A stretch of 64,000 nucleotides of DNA from Antedon mediterranea (lineage: Eukaryota; Animalia; Echinodermata), in assembly GCF_964355755.1 (NCBI RefSeq), contig NC_092677.1:8640101-8704100 (forward strand), read 5' to 3'. Positions 51,629 to 63,085 of the stretch are shown here, in pieces. The position numbers were made by a program, and so were the translations under genes. The notes beneath the pieces were generated by a model, which saw only the letters and a list, made by a program, of their open reading frames with translations, was not told where the DNA came from and searched no databases. Positions within the stretch are counted from its first letter, which is position 1. The number at the start of each line of letters is the position of its first letter.

Positions 51629-52654
51629 ATGGCCGAAAATGGAAGTGACGTGTTACTCAATATGACATCTATGCCAGACACAGACCATGAAGTGAACATA
51701 GGACTGGTGTGTTTTACATTATTTATTACGTTAGTTGTTTTCTTCGGATTTGTTGGAAATAGCCTTCTGATTTCTATTATTGTAAGAACTAAAGATATGC
51801 GAACTGTTCCAAACTTTTTCATTCTTAGCCTGGCTATTTGCGATATCTTATTTCTAGTATTCATCGGTACAATTTCAGCCTACCAGTTGTGGATGTTACT
51901 GTTTGATTTCAGGTACTCTTTTCCGTACAACGATACCTCTTGTAAGATTATTAACACTGTGTTTGTAGTTTTCCAGGCTGCATCCGTGAACACACTGATG
52001 GCTCTATCTATTGAGAGGTACCGGGCCGTGTTCTGCTGGAAGAACCGCACCGCTGATCGGTATAAACAGAAGTTTATGAAACACACGATTTGTATAGCTA
52101 GTATATGGACGATAGCTCTGGCGTTCGCGATTCCTGCCTTTATCAAAACGACTTACACTGGAGGAACTTGCGAGGTGTTTATCATGGGATCAAAATCTGC
52201 AAAGATGTATGAATCGATGCGTCTTGTACTTCTGAACGCTCTACCACTTTGCATAACATGTGTGTGCTATTTTAAAATCATGGTTAAGCTGTTAAAAGCA
52301 ACAAATCTTGGAATACAACAATCGTTTATAAAAAGACGACGAAAATTAGCAGTCATAATGCCAGCGTTAATTCTGCTTGTGACCGGTGCCTGGTCTCCAT
52401 ATATCTCGACCGAATGGGTTCGGGAATTTCACGACGTTTTCAATTTTACCCCTGAGAAGTGGAAACTTCTTTATAAATTCCACATGGCGGGTTTTTATCT
52501 AGCAATCATCAACGCTGCTATAGACCCGTTGATTTTATGTATCATAAGTCGGAAGTTTCGTCATAGTATGTTCTGTAGAGTATCCTGTTTTCAAAATAGG
52601 CATAAGTTGCTGTCGTCTACTACACACGAAACAATGCGCACGTCGTTTGTATAA
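51629..52654 (+). CDS. Class A (rhodopsin-like) neuropeptide GPCR, bombesin/CCHamide/endothelin receptor-like, 341 aa
   Basis: Seven hydrophobic segments; GN in TM1; MRTVPNFFILSLAICD; SVNTLMALSIERY; W in TM4; W.P in TM6; DPLIL..SRKFR; N-terminal NGS/NMT sequons; splice acceptor tcttttcag 10 nt before the ATG. Confidence 0.92.
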   Translation: MAENGSDVLLNMTSMPDTDHEVNIGLVCFTLFITLVVFFGFVGNSLLISIIVRTKDMRTVPNFFILSLAICDILFLVFIGTISAYQLWMLLFDFRYSFPYNDTSCKIINTVFVVFQAASVNTLMALSIERYRAVFCWKNRTADRYKQKFMKHTICIASIWTIALAFAIPAFIKTTYTGGTCEVFIMGSKSAKMYESMRLVLLNALPLCITCVCYFKIMVKLLKATNLGIQQSFIKRRRKLAVIMPALILLVTGAWSPYISTEWVREFHDVFNFTPEKWKLLYKFHMAGFYLAIINAAIDPLILCIISRKFRHSMFCRVSCFQNRHKLLSSTTHETMRTSFV

Positions 52655-53496
52655 GAAATAAATAGAAAGAAAGAAAACATATGTTTAGCTAAGTTTGAAT
52701 TTTGCACTAGGAGATGCCAGACTATAATGGTGATTTCGATGTTAGTTGGTTTGACTTTGCTATAGAGAAGGAGAAGCGATTTTGATAAGTACTGAAATTG
52801 GTATTCAATGGTACATTGCGTCAAGTTGGACAATTTACCATTATACTGATAATTATAAAAACTATAGTGGACATCATATACGAACTTCGGGTTTTTACAG
52901 GGTTGTCTGATTATGTTAGCTGTACATAGCTTAGCATACTGCACTGACAAACTTTTCTTTGCAAAATCGAGCAAACTCTAAGTTTATGGAATAGTTTCCA
53001 AAGTTAGCTAGTGTAGACCAGTTGAAAATGTTAGGCAAACAACAAAACACAAGTACAGAAGTTTACACTCCAGGAAACTTAGCAAACCTAGCAAACTCGA
53101 TCAAGTAACTAAGCTTGCAAACGTAGTGGTGTGCTAAGTGTAGACTAAGTTTGTATTTTATTTATTTACAACAATATTTAACGTACCTTCAGTACATTGC
53201 CTTTGTTTGCAAACTCGAGCAAGCTGTGTTTTGCAAGAAAAGTTTTCGTTTTGAGTTCAGCAAAATTCTTCTAGTACCTAAACACTCCGTCTTCATGATA
53301 TAAAGTTTTTACTTTGTCTGTTACCCACTTAATTAACCCCAAGTACATCGTTTCTGCCATTCTATTTAGGTCAGTTAATGTTTGGATAAAGTATACTATA
53401 CGAAAACAATACTGGTTAGGTAGGTCGTTCTTTCTCATACTTTTAAGAAAAGTAGGTGACTTAGTATATACTGAATGTGTACAGTATGTGTTCAAT

Positions 53497-53609
53497 TGGG
53501 CAAATAATTTCATGAGGTGAGAAAGATAAAAGGATATATATTTTCACGAGCGAAAACCGAGTGAAAATAGAACAGTTTCATCTTTCACCTCATGACATTA
53601 TTTGCCCCA
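53497..53609. repeat. ~110-bp palindrome
   Basis: ggggcaaataatttcatgaggtga ... tcacctcatgacattatttgcccc with inner ttttcac/gtgaaaa. Confidence 0.7.
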
Positions 53610-54223
53610 TTTCACGAATAAAGGATTCATTATTTGCTGTAAAAAATGTAATATTAACTTGTATAATGTGTATTGAAAATTGTATATTATTATATATTTG
53701 TAACTAAGTTATAGGATGTTTAAAGAGCATTTATTTGTTTCTCAGTATATAGATATTGTTTTTGACATTGCTAAAGTATATTGTAATGATTAATAATTTT
53801 GTATCACAAAAAGGTTATAACAAAATGTACAAATATTCTATACCGATACATTGGCAAATTCACCACTAACCTATCGCAACACTGACTGGTTTCTATATGT
53901 GTGCTACCGCCATAATGGATCAACCGGAACCGGTAGGGTCAACGACTAGAACGGACCGACTGACAGACTGACGGACAGACGCAAATGCACCGTATGTACT
54001 AAGAGGACACTGGGAATGTTTAGCCATTGTTAAAACCACCGCACATGAGTTGATTTTTCAGTCTTTGCATCGGGCCCCGGCTGTCCGGCCAATATTCCTC
54101 GCCCTCCTAGATTTTAAAATTATGATGCAAAGTTCTGACATTAGGATCCTATTCAGTACTTAATGCCACGTTTGCGGCTTCCCCCTCCCCATTCATCAAC
54201 TACTAATGATAAAGTACACCTTC

Positions 54224-54352
54224 TAGGCGAATTTGATCGCGCGAATCGAAAACGTCAGCATATACGCATGCGTTATGTTTCCATCTTCTACACCCCTCTC
54301 TACGCATGCGTATAAGCCCGACGCTTTCCATTCGCGCGAACAAATTCGCCTA
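54224..54352. repeat. ~130-bp CpG-rich palindrome (MITE-like)
   Basis: taggcgaatttgatcgcgcgaat..tatacgcatgcgt / acgcatgcgtata..attcgcgcgaacaaattcgccta. Confidence 0.8.
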
Positions 54353-54827
54353 CTGGAAAATCGGCTTTATAACGCACGCATTTTAATTGATAATATTGTA
54401 ATAGGTCTACATGAGAGTATCTGCGCGGTATATTAACATATTTTAGACACTGTGACCTCCTATAGGCGGCCTACTTGTACTGACGACCAGACTTTTCGTC
54501 GGTAACCAACGTCCTGGGCATACAATAATGTCAATTAATATGTAAATAATAAGTATAACATGTAATAGTATGTGAATGAATAAATGTTTAATTATTTCAT
54601 TAAATCGGAGCTTCAAATATAATATTTTGTGTTTTTATTCGCATCACATGTGTAAGAAAATACCCGTAAAATAATTATAAACTGTTATTTGACAAATTGC
54701 GAATAAAATATAAATACATTCTTGAACCCGATCAAAAAGTTGATAAAATCTGAGGCTATGTGAAATTATAGATTTAAAAAATGTAAACGTGATAAATATT
54801 AATATTTTATTATCCAAGGACAATGTA

Positions 54828-54920
54828 ACTCCCGCCAACTACCAAATAAGAATATTTGTTTACCTCATAAAACGTTTGCCCGCGAAAATTGGACGTTTCT
54901 GATTGGCTGGTCATTTAAAG
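54828..54920 (+). promoter_or_regulatory. Putative CDCA7 cell-cycle promoter: E2F sites, CCAAT boxes, CHR-like element
   Basis: tcccgccaa (~54830), gcccgcgaaa (54879-54888), attgg twice (54888, 54902), tttaaa (~54914); followed by a candidate non-coding exon ending at the donor gtaagt (55031). Confidence 0.6.
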
Positions 54921-55723
54921 AGCCTGGGAATTATTGTAAACACATGTTCTACCGACGCGAGGCGAAGCTTACATTTACAGTACTAGGCCTAGCTCTCTTT
55001 GATGCAAAACGATTTTAACAAGCATTGAGTGTAAGTAAAATACTTCTTACTATCGACAATATATATTGTATAATATTATGTTGCTGCGTTTAATGATATA
55101 AACACAGTCGGCTTAATAATATTTGATTTTAACTTTAAACGTTAGGCCTAGAGGGCCCGCTAGAGAGGGCCTAGCCTAGCTAGGCCTAGGCCTAGCTAGG
55201 TGTCACCGGTTGTGAGGCTTGTCAGTACAAAGCTAGGCCTAGGCGAGTGCCAGGCTGCTTTTTGTTCAGGCATACACATCATGGACCACACAGGACGAAT
55301 ATCGTCCCCGTACCCGTGTGCATACTATGGTACTTCGGATAAAACATCGGTAGCTTAAAAAGGGTAGAGTTATTTATGACAACTTATGTCTTCTTTTCTC
55401 CATCCATGAATGTAGGGTGTAGTGGGATTAGCAATATTTCTTATTTATAAATAATTCTTTTAAATGTTATGTGGGAGGTTTCACACCAAAATCGGTCCGG
55501 CGGACCACTTTTGGCTGCCAAAATCAGTCCGGCCTGGATAAAATCGGAAAGTATGACTGTTTTTGGCAGCCAAATCTTACAAATATAATATTATATTATA
55601 TAATTATATATAGGCCTATATACAAATATATATAAACACAGCAGGCAAAGAACATTAATTCTAAACTTAATTAATTAATTTGAAACGATAAAGATGAGGA
55701 AATCTGTGAGAATGAGAAAAAGT

Positions 55724-55795
55724 CGCCCCAACCGAGACTCAAACTCGGACCGTCTGCTTGATATGCAGATGTCCTAACCATTAGACAACTGGGGC
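55724..55795 (-). tRNA. tRNA-like gene or pseudogene, anticodon ATC (Asp-like), in CDCA7 intron 1
   Basis: GCCCCAG-TT-GTCT..GGAC-A-TCTGC-ATATCAA-GCAGA-CGGT-CCGAG-TTTGAGT-CTCGG-TTGGGGC-G; all four stems pair; followed by a T5 run; T-loop has TTTG instead of TTCG. Confidence 0.7.
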
Positions 55796-56007
55796 TTTCA
55801 TGGTATTGTTCAAACTCGATTGGATAGCGACTCTTTAACATTCTCTGCGTGTTACGGTGGAACAACACTAGTCCTCAGTTGCACACACGCGCAACAGAGA
55901 TCAAATTGATACGCCCTTATCTTTCAGTATTTTTATTCACGAGGCGAGTACAGTAGTACACTTAAATTATTTTTAAATATATTTTCTACAGTATACAACT
56001 AATAATA

Positions 56008-59000
56008 ATGTCGTCACTGCCTGATATTCCTCTACCAAAGGGCGTAAATCTTGAATATGAGGCGAAACGTATCAAGAACATCGCAGAGAATAAAGCAATG
56101 GTATGTAGGATAAAATAAATGTTTTTAAATTGAAAAAAAATGTATAATCTATATATAATTTATATTATTAATTATTTAAAAAGAATATTATATTTACATG
56201 TTTACAGTAGTATTATCATGTTCAATTGAAAAAGAAAATAAAAAATAATGTCAAACTTGCAAGATGTTTTTTGTTGTTGCGATAAATACATATGGTTCAA
56301 ATATATTGAGCATTTGGTCAACATTAATACAAGAAAACAGTATCATGTGAATGAAATGAAATCACTCACCGCACATTTGAAATTAGTAAAATGATTCAAG
56401 TCGAAAGTTGATTTTTGTCTCCCATGTTCAGTTAAAGAAGCTGTTATCTGATCTTGAAGGCATGCCTGGTATTCCCAAACAACCTAAACCAGTTTTAAAG
56501 GTAACTATTCATGTAAATTGTTTACTTTTTATACACCCTTTGCCATGAACAAATTGAGCTTAGATCTTGGTTTACTCATACTTTAATCACCCCTACCCAC
56601 TCTCCCACTTATTTATTGTTACCAGTATTAAAAGAACAAATATTTATTCGCAGAAATCACCCAAAGCACAAAAGAGCTTCAGCAATGAACCTGTCCGTCG
56701 TCGAAATCCAAACCGTGTAGCACGTTCTATGAGGAGCCCTCCGTTGACGCGATCGCAACAAAAGAGAAAGTATGACGATATTGATGATGAAGAAGATACC
56801 AAGCAACCAAAATCTGTGAGTATTCTTGTGACTCAATATCACAATCAAAACATTTAAAGAAAAGAAATCAATAGTGTAGAACCAAGGCAATCTAACAACA
56901 GGACACTGAGCTCGCATTGCCCAGATTGATGTGAACCTGTAACAGTCCTTTGATCTTACGTCTGGCTGTGGCAAATACCACCAGTACTGTACTATGTACA
57001 TATTGTCTGCGGAATGTGGTGTCTGTTAAGGGACAAGGAACTGATCATGTTGCAGCCACAGATAAACCCTTTGATCTCCTGAGCTCAGCATCCTGTTGAC
57101 AGTTTCCCATGAAAATGTGATTTCCAGGAATTAATAGGTGTATAAACCAAAGAAGAGGTTAAATATCAGGGGATGTGTGGTAAAACTGACTAGTTAAATT
57201 TTAAATGAAAACATTTAATGTTCAGATTAAACATTATGCATAAATGATAATCATAAAAACTTGACCTGATGATTTTGTTTGACACAATCATATAAAATAT
57301 GCATTGTAGATACAGTGGAATATACAAAGAATATTTTCAGTACACTTGAACACTGAGAGATAAGAAGTTGGAAACTTAACTCAATAAATTTTAATTCTTA
57401 ACCTTGAACTGTTTGTGAATAAATAATTAAAAGAGACACTTATATCACAGATGCTTTTAGACGCATTTCCTTTGAACCGATGCCTATACTTGAATATCTC
57501 ACGATTATTATATAGAATTACTTAATACCAACATTTAAACTCGGTCGCATAAATGTAATCTCAGATCAAACAACATTTGATTATAGAAATGCATTAGTAA
57601 AATTGATGTTGGTGGTAATGTCCTGTAAACTCACACATTTAGTTAAAAGAGGTTGAATTAATTTTATTCTGGTGCTTCTTGCGAGGCACATTACATGTGG
57701 AAACATGATATCTGCTATACTTTATAATATTGAATTAATTAGTTATGCTGTATAGTTCGAAAACTTGAATTTAATTATTGATAGAAAATCAGTAGAACCA
57801 AAAATCTTTTGAGTAAGTAGGTCCAAGTTAGCTAGTCAGTCTTGCTCCAACCCTCCTAGAGTGCTGCTGCCCCTTCTTGGGGTCACATTCCTATTAAGGG
57901 ATTTTTCCTAAACAGGGGAAATTATACGTTTACAACCCTACAAACCCCTATTAAGGAAACACTTTGTTGAATCCAGAACTACTGTATGTTCTACACTATA
58001 CTATTATTTAATATCTTAAATCTTTAGAAGAGGAATGTAAATTCCATGGTAAGAAAGGCAAAGGCCAACTACTACATTGGCTTGTGTGAAGAACATGCAG
58101 CAGATCAGAAAGGACTTTTTAAAATTGTTAACCAACTCCTTCATCATCGCCAGGTATCACCTCTCCCAGATAGTCTTTCTGACTTAGATCTTGCGAACAG
58201 GTTCTGTCAGTTTTTCACAGACAAGATCAAGATCATCAGAGACGACTTCAAGATTGATGACATGTCATTTAATGAGCCTGTGACAGCTGTTCATCAGCAT
58301 CTCACAACATTTACACCAGCATCTCAAGATGAGATCCGCAACATTCTGATGAAATCACCAACAAAATCATGCAGGTTAGATCCAGTTCCTACTTCTATAC
58401 TGAAGAAGTGTATAGACGCAGTCGTTCCAATAATAACGGAAATCATTAACCATTCTCTTAATACCGGCATAGTGCCAGATGAACTGAAAATTGCTCACGT
58501 TCGTCCTTTAATAAAAAAGCAAAACTTGGATCATAACACGCTGAAAAATTACCGCCCGGTGTCGAATCTTTCTTTTCTTGGAAAGACTCTGGAGCGTGTA
58601 GTGACATCACGCATTACTCCATATCTTCAAAAGCATAATTTAAATGAGAATTACCAGTCGGCATATCGTGCATGTCATAGCACGGAGAGTTCCCTTTTAA
58701 AGGTACAGAATGATTTGTTACAAGGAATGAATGATGGGAAAATAACGCTATTGGTGTTGTTGGATTTGTCAGCAGCGTTTGATACAGTTGATCACCAAAG
58801 ACTGATAACCCGTCTGAGAAATCGCATTGGCATAAATGGTGTTGCTCTTAACTGGTTCCAGTCATATCTTACAGGAAGACGTCAGCTAGTCTGTATCAAT
58901 GATGCATTCTCAGATGAAGCTTGCCTGGAATATGGTGTACCACAGGGGTCAGTAATTGGGCCTGGCCAGTTTTCCATTTATACGCTTCCCCTTGGTGACA

Positions 59001-62000
59001 TTATTCGCAAACACAGTCTACATTTCCATTTCTATGCAGATGATACACAGATTTATGTGTCAGTAAATCCAGTGCAAAGGGATGTTGCGGCAGCAATCAG
59101 TAAGATGGAAGCCTGTATAGAAGATGTTCGCAATTGGATGACAACAAATTACCTAAAGTTGAATGATGGAAAGACAGAGTTTATTATCGTCGGGTCTAAA
59201 TGTAACCTCTCCAAAATCAACATCACACATATCAGAATCGGAAACTCTAACATCGCTCCCTCATCGGTGGTCCGGAATCTGGGAATCATGCTGGATAGTA
59301 ATCTCACTATGGAAGCACAAATAACAACTGTATCCAAAGCAGCATGCATATCGATTAGGAACCTTGGTCGTATTCGCGGTAATCTTAACAAGAAAACAGC
59401 TGAATTGATTGTACACTCATTTGTCACTTCTAAAATTGACATTGGTAATGCCTTGTTGTTTGGCATACCAAAATCTCAAATACAACGTTTGCAGCGCTTG
59501 CAAAATATGGCAGCTAGAATTGTAACTTATACAAAATCAAACGCTCACATAACTCCTGTCCTGATGGATTTGCATTGGTTGCCTGTTCAACAACGTATTA
59601 AGTACAAACTTGCGTTGTTTGTATTCAAGATCCTAAATGACAGTGCTCCTGCTTATTTATCTGACCTTGTGGATCGTTACGAATCATCCCGCAGAGGCCT
59701 ACGATCATTGTCACAAAACCTTCTTCAAGAGCGTAGAGCGAAAAATCAGTGGGGTCAGAGATCTTTTTACGTTGCGGCCGCAAGTGTATGGAACAGCTTA
59801 CCAGCAACAGTTAAATGCTCAACTAGTCTAAACAGTTTCAAGACCAACCTAAAGACGTCGCTATTCGCTGATGTTCTCGCACGTTGTTAATGCACAAAGC
59901 GCCATGAGCGCCACATGGGTGGAGGATACCGGCGCTATATAAGTTTTCATTTATTATTATTAATAATAAGAAAATTCCCATAAAAAATGATATAAATTAA
60001 ATATAATTAAATTTGGTTGATTTGCGTCTTTTTTATATTCGATATTCTAAAATTACATTTTGTTTTTGAACATTTTTTTATAGTCAAATTTATGACCTGT
60101 TAATCTTGCAACTATTTTTGCAGAAATCAATAATATATGCTCTATAGTTTTAGAATGAGCAAAATGCAAAATGCTTTTTTTTTTTAATTGATATAATAAA
60201 TTGATCAATTATTATAAATTTAATATTTCAGAGATTGTTAATCAGATTTCCTGGAATGATGAAGAAGAAGCGCCATGGATCAGGTAGTTCAGACGATGAT
60301 GATAGCGTTGGGGACAACAAATTTGAAATCTTTGATGTATGTTTGTATTTTCCTAAAAATAAATGCCATACTACAGTAAAATTCCAACGGCTATCGATTT
60401 GACCTTTATGATTATGTAAAAAGTATATAATCCAATAAAATGTTGATAGGTCAAACACTTTATTGTCAAGTAATAATGATTTATTGAAATTGAATGAACT
60501 TGATGAATATCTTAACCCTTAATTTTAAAGATGCATTTTCCCCAAAACATGAAAAATAATGATGAATAAGGGGGACATTATATCTTAAAATTCTTTTCAA
60601 CTAAATCTAAAAAATACACATTTTTTTCTTACTGTATAAGTTAGTGTTTAATAAATAAAAATAAAATAAAATACCATTTACAAAACTAATTTTTTTTTCC
60701 TCCTATTTATTTTGTATTTAAGACAGGACCACAATGCAAAACAGGTTTTCTTTTACCTGATTGTGTAATCCTGTATAGAAATGTTGTTAAATAAATAAAA
60801 TATGATTTTTGTTCTTCTTTGTATAGACCTCACCAGAATCAAGCCCTGTTAAAAGACGCCGTGCTGTTAAACTTGAATGCAAGAGTGTGGAAGAAATTAC
60901 TGATGAAGATCTGGAGAATGTTGCTGAACATGTCAGAGAAAAGGTCTACAATAGTGAATATGTAAGTTTTCTGTTTCTCAGAAATTTTGTATTTACCCAT
61001 TGATTGGTTTTTGTTTATAGCTCTCAGTTTTTTTAATTCAAGTCACAAGTCACACACAAGTCACAAATCAGTTTATTTTTATCCATAAATAAAACAAAAA
61101 TACAAAGCAAAAAATATACAATTAAGGTCCTGTTTCTGCCATAAAAAATAACTGGATATTAACCATGTATAAATTAACTCTGATCTCTTGCCAGCAGAAA
61201 CAGGACACATTTTCACTAACCGGTTTAAATGGCATCCTGAATATAACGGTTAAAAACACCCAATCGTTTAGGTGTTAGAGCGCCATTTAACTGGTTATTG
61301 CTGTTATTTAACTGCAATGCAAAATAATGGTTATTTGATTGACAGCCACTGACCTTGAGTCAACTACACTGCAGTAACATTTTAATTGACTGCCAGAAGC
61401 TATTGCATTTTGGGTACTGCTAATGATTTCTGTCAACGACTACCCACTGATATATTAAATGGCGTTTAATAGTCCCTTAGTTCAAACCCTGCTTAGCACC
61501 TAGAGTGTATCGCATAATTTGATGCTGGCATGGACTTTATAAAGCTCTGTCTACACTGTCTAATGTGATGTGCCCATACTGTATAATGTATGGACAATAT
61601 TTGGGCATATCACCATCACATTTCGGCATTATAAGTTAAAAATCATTCCCAATATCATTCAAATGTTCATATTTACCAATCACACTTGAAATGTTTTCCT
61701 CAAATGCCAAGTATTTAATTAATACTTGGTGAATTCAAGTGGTACTGTAAATGGTTAACTGTTTTTTTCTATTGATTCAGTTTTCCCAAAAGTGTCCAGT
61801 GATGGTATTCAAGGTTCAAGATTCTTTATTGGCCCATAACTGGAAATTTTCCTTGGCAATTACAAATATGTGTATAATATTATAGTATACATTAAAACAT
61901 CAAAAGAGAAATGAATGATTAAAATAGATAATAAAAATGTTAAAACTTTGAAATATTTATAAAATTCTATATGTTGTACCAATCATACCCAAATGCAATG

Positions 62001-63085
62001 TTTCCCTTAAATAATATTTCATTTTTTTAAACCCAGGGAACTACATGTCATCAATGCAGACAAAAAACCCTGGACATGAAAACCATTTGCCGTGCAGAAT
62101 CTTGCTTTGGTGTCAGAGGTCAATTTTGTGGACCATGTTTGCGTAACCGCTATGGTGAGGATGCAAAGACCTGTCTGAAAGATCCTGTAAGTATTGTAAT
62201 CTTGTTATATATAAGATATCGTTTGTACAATGTATAATTTATCAGGCAGCCGCTGAAACAAACAGCATTTATGGTTGAATTGAATTGAATTGAATTTATT
62301 TGGAAAATCATCATAAAAAATACATACAAAGTGATAACATAAATTACGGACATTACAAATAATACATTTATAAAAGACTTTCCAGGATAGCCCAAAAAGC
62401 TTATCAGCTTATTTCCATTGGGATCCTTTTACAATCTAAAATAAAAAATATAAACATTACAAAGTATTGCATTAAACACGTAAATATTACAAAAACAATA
62501 ATATAAAAAACAAGTTAAATTAAAGATTATGATTGACTTATAAAATTATTTGGTAGAACATTTGGTTACTTAGAAAATCTTCCTAGATATTTGCATAAAC
62601 GTGTTAAAGAATAAAAAAGGTAGTAGCGGATGTATAATAATTCTGACATGGCCCCCTTCTGCCTCTAGACTTGACCCTAAATCTTGTTCTCCTCAGGAAT
62701 GGTTTTGCCCACCATGTAGAGGTGATTGTAACTGCAGCTTCTGTCGTAAGAAGAAGGGACGACATGCCACCGGAATCTTGATACACCTTGCCAAACACAG
62801 TGGCTTCAACAGCGTCAGAGAATACCTTGAAAGGTTAGTGTTTTTATCAATTAATCGTAACATAATCACCCTAATGAACAGCTTTTAAATGTTGCTATCT
62901 CAGCGCATATATAGCCAAGGTTTTAAGGCTCCAGCAATCTATTTTCCTTTCTTATGGGTTAGGCCTACTAACTAAAATTTAGAAACATAATCTCTTTTAG
63001 CAAGTATATATACATAACAAATTTTACTCAGAAGCAACTTGATTCTACATTATTCTTTAGGTGCTTCACCGCCATCGAAAAATAA
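56008..63085 (+). CDS. CDCA7: Cell division cycle-associated 7 family protein (zf-4CXXC_R1; HELLS activator), ~291 aa, 8 coding exons
   Basis: GT-AG, in-frame exons 56008-56100 (..[12 protein letters not shown]), 56432-56500 ([13 protein letters not shown]), 56654-56815 ([15 protein letters not shown]), 60232-60336, 60827-60961 ([19 protein letters not shown]), 62037-62186 ([28 protein letters not shown]), 62697-62833 ([21 protein letters not shown]), 63061-63085 (stop). Confidence 0.93.
56872..57060 (+). repeat. Dispersed ~190-bp structured repeat, copy 3 (intronic)
   Basis: aaggcaatctaacaacaggacactgagctcgc..aaatacca..gtgtctgttaaggg..gttgcagc. Confidence 0.75.
58028..59965 (+). mobile_element. 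5'-truncated L2-clade LINE in a CDCA7 intron
   Basis: RT ORF, short 3' UTR aagcgcc..gag..ggcgctatataag and (TAT)n tail typical of L2; an in-frame stop at 58025-58027 marks the truncation. Confidence 0.9.
58046..59890 (+). CDS. LINE ORF2 reverse transcriptase (no endonuclease domain), 614 aa
   Basis: [60 protein letters not shown] motifs; uninterrupted frame. Confidence 0.93.
   Translation: MVRKAKANYYIGLCEEHAADQKGLFKIVNQLLHHRQVSPLPDSLSDLDLANRFCQFFTDKIKIIRDDFKIDDMSFNEPVTAVHQHLTTFTPASQDEIRNILMKSPTKSCRLDPVPTSILKKCIDAVVPIITEIINHSLNTGIVPDELKIAHVRPLIKKQNLDHNTLKNYRPVSNLSFLGKTLERVVTSRITPYLQKHNLNENYQSAYRACHSTESSLLKVQNDLLQGMNDGKITLLVLLDLSAAFDTVDHQRLITRLRNRIGINGVALNWFQSYLTGRRQLVCINDAFSDEACLEYGVPQGSVIGPGQFSIYTLPLGDIIRKHSLHFHFYADDTQIYVSVNPVQRDVAAAISKMEACIEDVRNWMTTNYLKLNDGKTEFIIVGSKCNLSKINITHIRIGNSNIAPSSVVRNLGIMLDSNLTMEAQITTVSKAACISIRNLGRIRGNLNKKTAELIVHSFVTSKIDIGNALLFGIPKSQIQRLQRLQNMAARIVTYTKSNAHITPVLMDLHWLPVQQRIKYKLALFVFKILNDSAPAYLSDLVDRYESSRRGLRSLSQNLLQERRAKNQWGQRSFYVAAASVWNSLPATVKCSTSLNSFKTNLKTSLFADVLARC
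62278..62430 (-). mobile_element. LINE/SINE 3' tail fragment
   Basis: Minus strand aggatcccaatggaaataagc..gctttttgggctatcct stem-loop, then aataaa and (ATTCA)n tail. Confidence 0.5.

Noticed and set aside
51589-52974. Antisense ORFs over and after the GPCR
   Set aside because: Shadow frames with no recognisable motifs
56872-57120. Intronic snoRNA in CDCA7
   Set aside because: No convincing C/D or H/ACA layout, and homologous copies occur outside this gene in both orientations
59149-59831. Alternative ORFs within the LINE RT
   Set aside because: Shadow frames of ORF2
58046-59890. RT as part of a retron/DGR/defence system
   Set aside because: Motifs and 3' tail are those of an ordinary non-LTR L2 retrotransposon in an intron
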